Shown: one piece after another, positions 45,156-56,248 of the stretch | Position numbering within the stretch: the first letter of the stretch is position 1 | How the letters are laid out: each line of letters starts with the position of its first letter | Translations under genes and position numbers: made by a program | Source: Tubiluchus corallicola | Lineage: Eukaryota; Animalia; Priapulida | NCBI GenBank assembly: GCA_030141605.1 | Contig: JAQGDQ010000097.1 | Location: 186,001-250,000 of the forward strand | Length of the DNA: 64,000 nucleotides | Reading direction: 5' to 3' | Notes under the pieces: model-generated | Database searches by the model: none | What the model saw: only the letters and a program-made list of their open reading frames with translations | Told to the model about the DNA's origin: nothing

Positions 45156-48100
45156 CCATCATCATCATCATCGTCGTCGTCGTCGTCGTCATCATCATCA
45201 CCACCATCATCACCACCATCATCACCACTATCATCATTATTATCATTATACTATTATTATTATTATAATTGTTATTGTTATTGTTATTGTTATTGTTATT
45301 GTTATTGTTATTGTTATTGTTATTGTTATTGTTATTGTTATTGTTATTGTTATTGTTATTGTTATTGTTATTGTTATTGTTATTGTTATTGTTATTGTTA
45401 TTGTTATTGTTATTGTTATTGTTATTGTTATTGTTATTGTTATTGTTATTGTTATTGTTATTGTTATTGTTATTGTTATTGTTATTGTTATTGTTATTGT
45501 TATTGTTATTGTTATTGTTATTGTTATTATTATTATTATTATTATTACTGTCATTATCATATCATTAGTAATACCATTATCATTATTAATTGATGTTAAA
45601 GAGATGAGAAATAATAGTGATCCTTAGATCCTTCATCCTTAAGATAAAGATTGGAATGCAAAGAAAAAGGGGATTCGGGAAGCTAATGTAAGAATGAAGG
45701 TGCTTGTAATGGTCATACGTGTAGAACAGAAAGAGATAGAAGAGTAAATTTTGGCATTAGACTGAAGATGAATAAGATCATGCAGTGATAGCGATGTTGA
45801 TGCAAATTATAAGATAAAGAACTTTATAAAGCGATTTGATAGAAATGCTGGAAGTCAAGGTGCTGACAACGATGGAAAATTAATGACACCTGTGATAAAC
45901 GATAACAGTTGCATGTACTAATACTACTGTTGTTTGAAGGTTCAGAAATCAGTCATCCCTAAATAAACGTTACCTCCAAAGTTAAACTTACCTAGTCGAC
46001 CAAGTCGGTAATTAACAGTAACTACAACAACTTCGCGCTTCACCAATTCCCAGCTGTCAAAAACCGGATCGCCTCCCCAATCCCACTCAAAACTACCTCC
46101 ATGAAACCACACCATTACTGCATAGTTTTCTGTTGGCTGTTTTGATAGCTAAATAGAACAGATATTAAAGTAGAATTATTGGGTCGAATAATCATTGCGT
46201 TCACCGACATGACCACATTTTTGAGCACCACAACAGGCAGAATATGTTACTGCGATTAGTAACTTTTGGTAGCTTTCACATAACAGAAAGTAGATTTCGA
46301 CTAAAACTCTCACTTAAATGCGATACATGTAACATCACATACTATAAAATTACGTAAATTTTGCAAAGACCCTTTTGTGTTCGCTTGCATTTCACGAAAA
46401 TGCAAAAGAAAAAAATTACATTTTGTGCATCTGTCATGTTGAGTGGTAGGTCAGCTGGTAGAGCCAGGGAGTCTCGGGTTCGGGTTCAAATCTCGACTAG
46501 CCCACAATTTTTCAGCGTCTCCTTTCTTTCTCCAACTCATTACCCGCAATGCGTAATAATTTGTTAAAATGGTTTATAAACATTCTGGCAATCATAATCT
46601 AATTAATTAATTATTTTGAGCATTCTTTGGTAAATTTGCCACCTTTCATAATTAGATGTATTTGCATAAGTAATTTCTTTTTGCTATTATGAATTAATTA
46701 GCCAACGAATGCTACTATCAGAGACAGTGTAATGAGCACTGGAAAAAACAGGTATGCCCACGTAACTTAATCTGCAAACATCATTGCAATGTTTAATATC
46801 CGAAAGTTTCTATCAAAAGTTGTACGCCAGCCTGCAATTGATGTCAAAACAAAAGCTATTAGTGAACTTACATCAGGGCAGTATACATTCAGCTGTAGAC
46901 AGTCTTCACTCTGCGCCTCAATAAACTGCTGTAAGAGATTGTCGGCAGTACCATTTACCTGCCAGCAAGCGGGACCCTTTACAGTCCCATTTCTTACACC
47001 ATCCCATCCTGGATGAGCTCCCACTTCCTACAATTATTAATGGTAGAAAGTATTGTTATACCTACATGGTTCCTGATCAAAGCGTGTTCAAAGCCATTCT
47101 TTGCCAGAGATTTCTATTGATAGATAAATGCATAAATTTATCACCTGTGCCGCGTGCTCCGTCGTGTGCATCACGACACCCTAACACACGCTACAGAAAA
47201 TTAAATACATAGTTTAGATGACCAATAATGTATTTTAGCAGCATTCCTCAACAATGCATTACATTCGTTAAATAATATACTCCCCTGGTTTTAAAATTTT
47301 ATGGTAAAAGATTTAAAATCTAATAATTATAGTCCAAGAGCCCCTGACGAAATAACCTCCGCATCAGGAACATGATTTTCAACCAGCGCATATCGTATGG
47401 GTGCCACATTGCACAAAAGACTACTCGTTTGTCATGGGAGCAGGAGCTCCAAAATAGGCACCCCTCAAAAGGGCCTATAACCTCTTCATCACGAACATAA
47501 TTTCGACCATTGCATATCGTAGGCACGAGTCTGGCATTCCACAAATGACTCCCCATTTAAGATGGGAGTATGGATTTCAGGTGATATGCTCCAAAGTAGA
47601 TTCTTGTTACACAATTGTATCATAGATCTGTGTATTACGGTGTAATAATGTTATTGCTTTTATATTGCATTTATTTATATTGATGTAATAAAAAAAACTC
47701 GTACCTTTATTTGAGAGTCAGTAAGTTTTTCTTGCCTCTTTGTTATTCTAGTGTTTCCAGATTTCATCCACATATGCACAATTGTACATGCACAATTACA
47801 CATATTTTATGTAACTAGTGGTAGCAAGGTAACACTGTTTTTTAACGTTGTACTGTAATGTGCCAGCTATATAACACATGTGTACGTCATAAGACTACGC
47901 ACTCCTAATATGACTGCACATTTTGCAATGTAATAATGCAATTCAGTAAAATAAGTGAATAGTAACTGTTAGATTGCTGATAACGAAAATTAATTTTGCT
48001 TGAATGGTTTGGTAATATTACAGTGTCTGGTGACTAATATAAACACACCCCAAACAAAATAATCCGTTTAGCTGGCAAACGGCAGACCTGTAGTACACAA

Positions 48101-49247
48101 GTTTACATGTAATTGTGTAACAATATATTTATTTTGGGGCTTACCCCCTGAAAGCACAGCTTGTCACCACAAACGGGTAGTCATTTGTGGAATGCCAGAC
48201 TCACACGAACGATATGCAGTGATCAAAAATTATATTCCTGGCGAGGAGGTTATTTCGTCACGGGTTCTTGGACTATTAGTTTATACTCATATATTTGCTT
48301 AAATCTGCAAATGTTCAGAAGCTAACCAAATTCTGCCCACTATTCGCGAGTGGAAGTGATAAATACATGTTATTATTCATTATGATTTTTCTTGAATTTT
48401 TTAATATGACTATAAAATGCTGGTCATAATAGAAATAATACAGAAGCAAAGCTACAAAAAAAGATGTCAATTGGCCATTGAATCTTGAATCTGGCTGGTA
48501 TTATAAACCGGGTAAAATACCTGTGCGTGAGCGAATTTGTATTTATTGTGACTTTAATCAAATCGAAAATGAAATGCACTTAATCATGAAATGGCCATGT
48601 TATCAGTAGATTGACTCATTTTAATAATACTGAAAATTTGTTCCCTGTACTTTCTGCCATTCCAAATGATAATGATAAATTTGTGTTTAAAATGAGTAGT
48701 CAAAATATCGAATTATGCAAGATTATGGTAGCTTTTGTAGCTTTTCTGGAATCAGTCTTTCAGACCAGGAATCAGTTATTGTCTAGTTACAACTGTGCAA
48801 AAAGTTATTAATACTACTTTATGTAACATTGTTGTGATAACTATTTTTTAATATTTCTATGAATTAATTGATATTTGTTCTGTACTGCAATATTCCTTTG
48901 TAAGGGGGATTTCGTCTCTAGTAAACGTTTCTTTCTCTGTTGATTAAATCTGTTTTGTTTATTTATTGTATGGATTGTTGTTTTTATATTTCTTTGTATT
49001 GTAATGTATATAATGATGGTTCAAAAAATAGACATACATATCAAAAAACTACCTTCCAGCGTTTATCTCCTACAGGTGGGTCAGCATAAGGAATATTGTA
49101 AAAGACATCCACTCTGCTCTCATCAGAAGCTTTAGTTGTCCAGCCTTCCACACTCCCGCCATGTCCCAGTTGAACCACAGGACCTTCGCAATTTACTCTG
49201 ACAAATGTCACTAATATTCCATAAGCCAGATAAATATGAAATTTCAT
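40368..49247 (-). CDS. Type-B carboxylesterase/cholinesterase-family protein A, 628 aa, with signal peptide and C-terminal transmembrane helix
   Basis: Exons 49247-49053, 47027-46872, 46148-45992, 44416-44046, 43844-43700, 43248-43061, 42821-42698, 41933-41753, 41296-41132, 40572-40368 (1887 nt). Motifs FYNIPYADPPVG, SEDCLQLNVY, WFHGGSF, VNYRLG, GNYGLLDQ, FGESAG (Ser), NKDEG (Glu), PHAAEL (His), WTNFAKYGDP. TM segment LWPVIWALVGIVGAVALACIIITIMIIV. Confidence 0.93.
44453..44955 (+). mobile_element. Internally deleted (bipartite) RTE-clade retroelement with (GAA)n tail and 12-bp target-site duplication
   Basis: RTE-type 5' motif GTGCCGGTCCCAAGCCC.GATAAA..GGAGGGTT, RTE ORF2 C-terminal relic LKGKV..VVRPALIYG.E..EIRMLRWM.G.T..DKIRN..IR and a GAAGAAGAA tail. 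CGATGATACATA occurs at 44441-44452 and 44956-44967. Confidence 0.85.
45056..45560. repeat. (CAT)n plus (TTATTG)n compound microsatellite
   Basis: Directly visible; source of the poly-L, poly-IT and poly-M ORFs. Confidence 0.97.
46441..46535 (+). mobile_element. tRNA-derived SINE head or tRNA pseudogene fragment
   Basis: A-box-like TAGGTCAGCTGGTAGAGC and B-box-like GGTTCAAATC, with no complete cloverleaf. Confidence 0.5.
47330..48275. mobile_element. MITE-like element with TIRs of about 105 bp and a partial subterminal duplicate
   Basis: TAGTCCAAGAGCCCCTGACGAAATAACCTCC pairs with GGAGGTTATTTCGTCACGGGTTCTTGGACTA. A second direct partial unit lies at about 47477-47555 (GAGTCTGGCATTCCACAAATGACT). 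Confidence 0.8.
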
Positions 49248-51404
49248 TTTCGGGAAATCGATTTATGCACTTATTTTTGACAACTGAGACAACGAACATA
49301 TGTGTAGATCTATGCACAATTGCACATATAAATTTATTTTGTAGAACTCACCACAGTGTAGAGTAAGGCAAAAGCCATTTGTCAAATATGACGTTTTTAT
49401 CTACAGATAAGCTTCTGAACACAAGAAACAGAGCAATAGGTATGCGCAACTGGGCCAGTTTTATTTGCTAAAACATTCAAAAAAGCAGACTGATGATGAA
49501 TTAGCGAGTGCTTCACCACTCTTTCTGAAATGGCAGTAATAGGAAAGTAATATAATAATTATAATAATAATTTATGTCATTGTTTGAAAAATAAGACACG
49601 GTGCTTCGGTGGCTACGTGATTATGAATAACTTGCCCTACATACTACAATTTTATTTGAGGTTATTTCAAATGTAATACACAACACAACTACAACTAACA
49701 TTTCATCTTTACTGAAACAAGCGCTATAAAATGTCTCTAAATTGTTGATGTTATTCTTCTCTCTTCTTCGTTCACTTCTTCAGTCCATTTTTCTTTTTTT
49801 TCTCTCTCTGTCCCACCTTTCTCTTTCTCGTCCCTCTCACTCTCTGTCTTTTTGCTCTCTTTATCTGTTCGCACTCTCCTCCTCGTTTTCTCTCTAACTC
49901 AGATGGGAGTTTTGTAAATTAACACATAGGAGTAAACATAACGACAGGAACTTACGCTTCTGTGCACATTTCTGCAAAGTGTTCTTACCGCATATATTTG
50001 GCCATATTTTATATAACGAGCATTTGAAAGTTTGTCCATTTTTTCTACCAACAGGTATGCGGACGTATCAATAGTTTAAATAGATTAATATAATGGCATA
50101 CCGAAGGAAACATATAAACTACACTTGCAAAATCAGAAATTTTTCTCTGCCAAATTAGACTGCATAGAGAATTTCTGGATATGCCTGTTTTTTACTGGTT
50201 GGCGAAATGCTAGCGTCAAGTTGGCAGATCATGTCAGTTTGTAAAGTAATCTTGATTAAGCGGTTCAAGATCTGAAACCTATTAACTTATTTTTATGATT
50301 ATACGTCGCCCTCTTGAGTCTTTGGTTGTGGAGAAACACATTTAAAAAATTCAATCAACATGCTGCGCAGCTTGAGCTGGCTGCACGATGTTTCGTACTT
50401 TTCCGCACTTTTCCAAATTCGCACTGGCTGCACGATGCACCTTGTGACTTACAACAGTATGGGGCAGATCGTTGAAAGGATAAGCTCTGACTGAGGCAAC
50501 ATTTGCTTAGTAGCAAGGCTCTACTCCACCTGTCCCCAATAAACTTAGTCGTACCAAAATGCATGTATGAGCAATCAACTTCTAAAACAACAACTTGTGG
50601 TATCTTAATTGCTTGCTGCTGCTTCTATTAAACTTCTTGTAGCGTGTTAGTTGCAACGAATAAGTTATTTGCCGCGTTCTTATCAAGTTGCGTCGGAAGT
50701 CAGGTCATTGAGGTCAAGGCTGAGAACTGTGACATCTATCGACAAAAATTCGCACTAAACAATATTTGTTCAAAATTAAGCATTAGGGCCAGGATTTTAA
50801 TGGTTTTGCCCAGCTGAAATGGCAAAGGCAATCTTGGAAATGTGTGTCAGAGCATAACAGGAGTTTCAAACGTTTGCAGAAAATGAAAAACCTCAAAAAC
50901 ATGAGAGTTTACAAGGAACTCTTGATAATTTTTATTTTCTGAAGATGACTGTTAGTGTGCAGTGAAATCTTGATTTTCTCAATAAAAATGTAATAAAATT
51001 ATAGTGGGTTGTTTATGAAATGTTTATCGTTCTCGTTACAAAGAATTTAAAAACTTTATCACTTCTAATATTTTTCGGAGGCAGAAGTTCTCTGAACAAT
51101 TTACACAAATAACGCACCCACTGTACATTTCTCTATTCTCCCACATGAGATCAGCTACGTAGCTACGAAAACACTGGTTTTCTGGGGTTTAGAAAGTTAT
51201 GCCTGTTAAATCTTTCCTATGACCGAAAAAGCCGAATTACGAGCAAGAAGTCAAGAATCTATCACAGATGGCTTGGACTATACATTTACGGAACCTTCAG
51301 CAAGACAGATGGCACCGACTTCTTTTAGCCATGATTATAACCAGAAAAACAGCATAAAATTATTTATTTAAGGATACTAATATTATACTGATATGTAATA
51401 TAAA

Positions 51405-51690
51405 TTTTGATTACACTTGAATTAAGAAGATCTTATTGAAGTTTATAAAATACTGACCTGGAAAGAAAATTTTTGTTGCCTAAAATTTAGTTTAGTTGTT
51501 GATTCAAAAACTAGAAAACATAGTTTAGAACTTTTTAAATAGCAGACACGTCTCGACATTCGTAAATATTCATTAATCGTGAGAGCAATGAACGAATGCA
51601 ATAATTTGTCTGCCATGGTGACCAGTCCTAGTAAAGTGTAAGTCTTTAATTGAGGATCAATGTGGAAAAATATGGGGCTTCTATGGGTGT
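51405..51690 (+). mobile_element. CR1-like LINE 3' relic
   Basis: Translates as DLIEVYKILT.KE...TRKHSLELFK..RLDIRKYS..VR..NE.NNL, matching the CR1 ORF2 C-terminal consensus (DLIEVYK, TRGH, RLDIRK, WN.L). Confidence 0.75.
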
Positions 51691-51979
51691 GCTCGTTTAA
51701 CCCCTAATCATGGTAGTATGTAGTATGACATGACCGGGTAACACAGCAATACATAGCTGCAGTTCATGTCCCGAAAAAACTGTGGAAAATCACGCACGCT
51801 GAGAGGGCATTCAGCAGTGCTTGAGTGAACATGATTGACGCTATGTTAACTGACTTGAAACATATTGGTCTATCGCACCGCCTCCGTTATGACCGGGAGC
51901 ACGCTGAACGGCATTCAGGACATCAACTCACGCTGGATAACAACTCTCTTTAGTAAACAGCGTAACAACTAAAATCTAA

Positions 51980-52220
51980 TCTGCGGACAAGCATTTTCAT
52001 TCACAAAATTTGCAAGGTAGCAGATATTTTAACAAGAAATTGAGTACCCAAAAAATTTCACTACAATTTAAGCAGAATGTAGCGACAAAGCTTCAAAGAA
52101 CTACAAAATGCAAAGAGTGCAAGAGTTATTATAAAGGAACTAAGGCAGTTAAATGGGCAACAAAATATATTTGCGAAAGTCTCTCTTGCCTTTGAATATT
52201 CGAACACATCATACCTGGAG
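51980..52220 (+). mobile_element. Possible piggyBac-like transposase C-terminal Cys-rich relic
   Basis: KHF...QRTTKCKECK...TKYICES..C..HHT across frameshifts resembles the CxxC...TxYxCxxC...YHT terminus. Confidence 0.35.
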
Positions 52221-53378
52221 ACGTATTTTTTCTACATTTAACTGATCGTGTGGTTGTTCGCAAGTTTTTATCCACTTTTTACATTTTTCCAACGTGTACA
52301 AACGTGTTTGATTGTCGTACGGCATTTTTAACCATGTTGATAGCCAGAAAAATAGCATAAAATTTATTATTTCAGGATACAAATTTTACATTGATATATA
52401 ACATTAATTCTGACCACATTTGAATTAATTTGGACTGTGAAGATCCCATTGAGGTTTATAAAAACTGACCAGGAAAGAAAACATTTTGCCTGAATTTGGA
52501 TTCCTCTGGATTCCCGTGGATGAGTTCAACTCTGCCGCTAGGCCTCAACTATTGCGAACTAGCCGTGCCTATAACCCGCACAAACCTACTTAGAAGTGCT
52601 CAGGCTGTAATTTTTACATGCATGTTAACCTTGAATAATTAATACCTGCTAATTCGGGCTTCAATATATAGGTAGTTATAAATTTCATTGTCGCCTCTTT
52701 TCAAGTAGGCCATTTTACAGTTGCGATTATTAAAGCAGCGTTTTATAATCGGCCTAATTAACCTCGTTAAGTTAACTTGTATTTTTTAAAGCTTGTAAGG
52801 TCATACATTAAACTAAACTGCGCATTTTATTGATAAAAAATCAGTAACTCAAAGACGTAAGTGTTGCGCATTTCTTCCTATAAAAACAAACCAGACTACG
52901 TATTTCCACCAATTCACCTGAAATTTCAATCGACAATACAGACAATCGACAAACTGTAATAAAATCTAAAACCAGACTGGTTTCTCTCCCGCAAACTAAT
53001 GAAAGGTTGAGCATTTTTCAACATATTTGTCCTTGATTGTCCGAAAGCCGAGGAGTGGGCGTTCTGTGGGCGTGAGAAAAATCTGCACGCTGATTGGGCA
53101 GTCAGCAGAGCTTGACTGGGAATGATTGACATTTTGTTTGACGTTAATTATCTCAAAGAGTGATGCAAAAATTAGACATGCTATTAATATGGTTGACGTT
53201 TTAAGCAGTTTACCCAAGGCATGCTATCTTTCCAAAGTCAAAGTCGTTCAAGTAACTTTGAACAACTCAAAAGAAACAAATAGATATTGTGTTCAATCTG
53301 CGTACAGCGTAAATACGAATTATTATATTTTATCAGTAGATCTGCATAGCATACATACAAGAGAAACACAACACCACA

Positions 53379-56205
53379 TCAAAAGTTGTGATCAATGTAA
53401 CCCTTATTCGATAAGCCGACCCTGTTTTTGTTAGATTTACTGGCAAACACACAAAACGTTAGTGCCATTATAGTGCAGATTAAAAACAGAGCGCCTCCAA
53501 TTCCCACCAGTGTCCATATGACAGGCCACAACTCCTCTGTCTCTTCAGTAGTCTCTGGCTCCTTAGTGGCTTCTGTTTCCTCTGTTGCTTCTGTTGGGTG
53601 ATCTGTGATGGGTTCTTCCGTCAAAAGATGGTAATTGGCAGCTTCGTCTAAGCTGTAAGTGCAATAAAAACTTAACAGTAATGCGATCGAAAACATTGTT
53701 AATGTATAATCTCTTCTTTTTAACTGTTTCAGGATTTTAAATGGGCAAATTTAGTTATTTGTCGCCAACATTAGTCAGAGAATGAATACTCTTGGAGTAA
53801 AATAACTTTATAAAATAACTCTATCATATGGCTTCGCAACACATGATCTGTAAGTTTAGAATTCAGTATTTAGTTCTTGTTTGCTTCCCACATTGTTGAT
53901 TTTTGCAATTTTTATACACTGTATTTTTATCAAAGGGGATTGTTGCGTAAACATGGAAACAGATGGAAACGTTGCAAATGTTTGCGTCTGAATAAAAGCC
54001 ATGTATTTGCTTAAAAGGGTGTTGGCTGTTATTTTCATTTTAAGTGTATAGATTAATGCTAATCAGTCTTTAAGGAGATTTGTCTTGAAACTGTTACTCA
54101 ATATTTGAATGAGACTAAGGTAATAAGATGAGTTATGTGTATCTTATTATGTATCTTATATATCTTATGTGTCTCATCTTAGACATTTTATTTTAAATGA
54201 TCTTAACACTCGGTTAAAAAATCCTAACCCAATTTTTTACAAACCGTAGACCATATTACTAAAAACCAATGTATAAAAAATGTAGTGCTCGGTTTTTACA
54301 CATTGTGTACAACTGCCACTGGACTAACCTCTATACAAACAGCTTTTGCTATACAAAGAGCGTGTGCAATGTGCATAGCAATCGAAGTTATGAACCTTTC
54401 GCTTATATTTTTCTTCACTTACTTGTAAAAATAATAATTCCAAAACTCCGATGCTCTAGGTACCATGCTTTCCCTCACCTCTGATATCTCATTTAATGCT
54501 AAATAAAAACCGTTTTTCTTTTCATATTGTCGCCAGGTAACATTTCCGTTTGATGTTGGAACACCATCTCCTGGTGTTGGATCCCTGAAAAAAAATGGTA
54601 TCACTGTAAAAATATAATTTCGGTGGACCGACATCTCCATACTAAATATGGATATTTTATAGGATAACCCAAAGGTCTAAATCTTGCTTTTGAGTCAGTG
54701 GCTAGGATACTTCAATATTTTGGGACACCCCTGGACACATCTGGACGTTAAGCACTTTGTTCTCCTTAATTCACATTTTCGAAACTTGAACAAGGCTCTG
54801 GTATATATTTGGCAGTTAACCATTTTACAACTGATTAAGAATCACCTTTGACACTTGAAAGCTAATCCATAAATACTGATACGTAGAGCGATGGGTTTTT
54901 TGCGAAAACGTATATAAGGAGGACACGCAAGGCTCGTTGTAATAGGAAATTATACCAACGAAATTATACCGTCTCGCAAGCTTTTTTATTTGTAAACATT
55001 TCTTATACAACTGTGAAGTAACAATTAATCATTTCTAGTACTCCAAGCTACAAAGTCTTCACTCATCAACTGATGGTCCAACATCTTAATTTACTTCCCA
55101 GAATGTTGTATTGTTATTGCTGCTGATAGGAATTATATTTGTTAGAATAGAAAACAGAATTACCTGTCGTGGGTTTGAGTCCCAATGAAGTGCCGAATAT
55201 TTTTAGACTTTTAAATTTAGTATACTTTGTGACTATAATTAAGTTACAGGTTGCATTGGATATGAGACATAATTCAAATTTATTTGTTTATTTTATTCTT
55301 TATATCAGGTCCTAGACACAGTCATAAAAAGCCATAAAAATACAATTACTAAAAAACTAATTACCAATAGATAAACTTACAATTTACAGAAAAATAAGAA
55401 GAGAAAGTAGTTAAAATGTTTACATAAATGACTTACATTAAAAGTACATTAATATTACATTCCAATGGGCAAAAATTTTGGAGCATATAAAACGCTACTA
55501 TTGTAAGTTACATGTTTTAAGAAACCATTATAAAATTTTAAGACGTTTTGATATCATTTCGTACACAGATTGTAAACGCTCTAATACCATATCTGTAGTT
55601 GGACAATTTTACTATGGCTGTATAGTAAGCAGACTTTAGCTTATTAAAGTTGTGCAAGTTATATTTAGACATTGCAACAATAAAATGACGAACACTACGA
55701 TTTAAATAGCATACGTTTTACATCCGTTGTATTATAACAAAAATGTCTTACAAGGGTATTTGCTCTGACATAAAATAAGCGAAATTGATTAAGAATATCA
55801 TCGTCATCTTTTCCATTTTTTGACAAAATAGTTGTCTAATTAATCCTGCTTACCCATGTTTGGCAAAGTTTGTCCACAATGTTGTTACTAAATTGGTAAA
55901 GGCACGATCGACATCGCTCATCGCATTGTGAAGCTGAATGCATATTCTTCCATCTTTGATACACACTTCCCAATCCACACGATTCGCAATATCAAAAATA
56001 TAGACCAAGTCAAAACTGTGTGCCACCACTGAAAATAATCGCACTTCCTTAGTTTCTAATGCATAAATGCACAAAATGGCACTGTTAGCTCAATTTGCGA
56101 ATGCGCCTAGCTTGCCCCAGTGGGACATATCATTTGGTCTTTTTTCATACGCCTAGAACTAGAACTAGTACTTGACGACAATATAGGGTGAAAAAGCCAG
56201 GGGAG

Positions 56206-56248
<43 letters not shown>

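Noticed and set aside
45049-45568. Poly-Leu, poly-IT, poly-Met and poly-Ile ORFs (also at 17562-17838, 34370-34630, 39339-39689)
   Set aside because: Pure microsatellite translations.
46441-46520. Functional tRNA gene
   Set aside because: A and B boxes are present, but acceptor and anticodon stems cannot be formed.
50355-50564. Cys-rich minus-strand ORF resembling a piggyBac C-terminal domain
   Set aside because: The resemblance depends on a 14-nt direct repeat and assumed frameshifts; not supportable without a search.
52996-53217. Small ORF with a signal-peptide-like N-terminus downstream of esterase B
   Set aside because: It starts at TTG rather than ATG, lies in the probable 3' UTR and has no recognisable motif.
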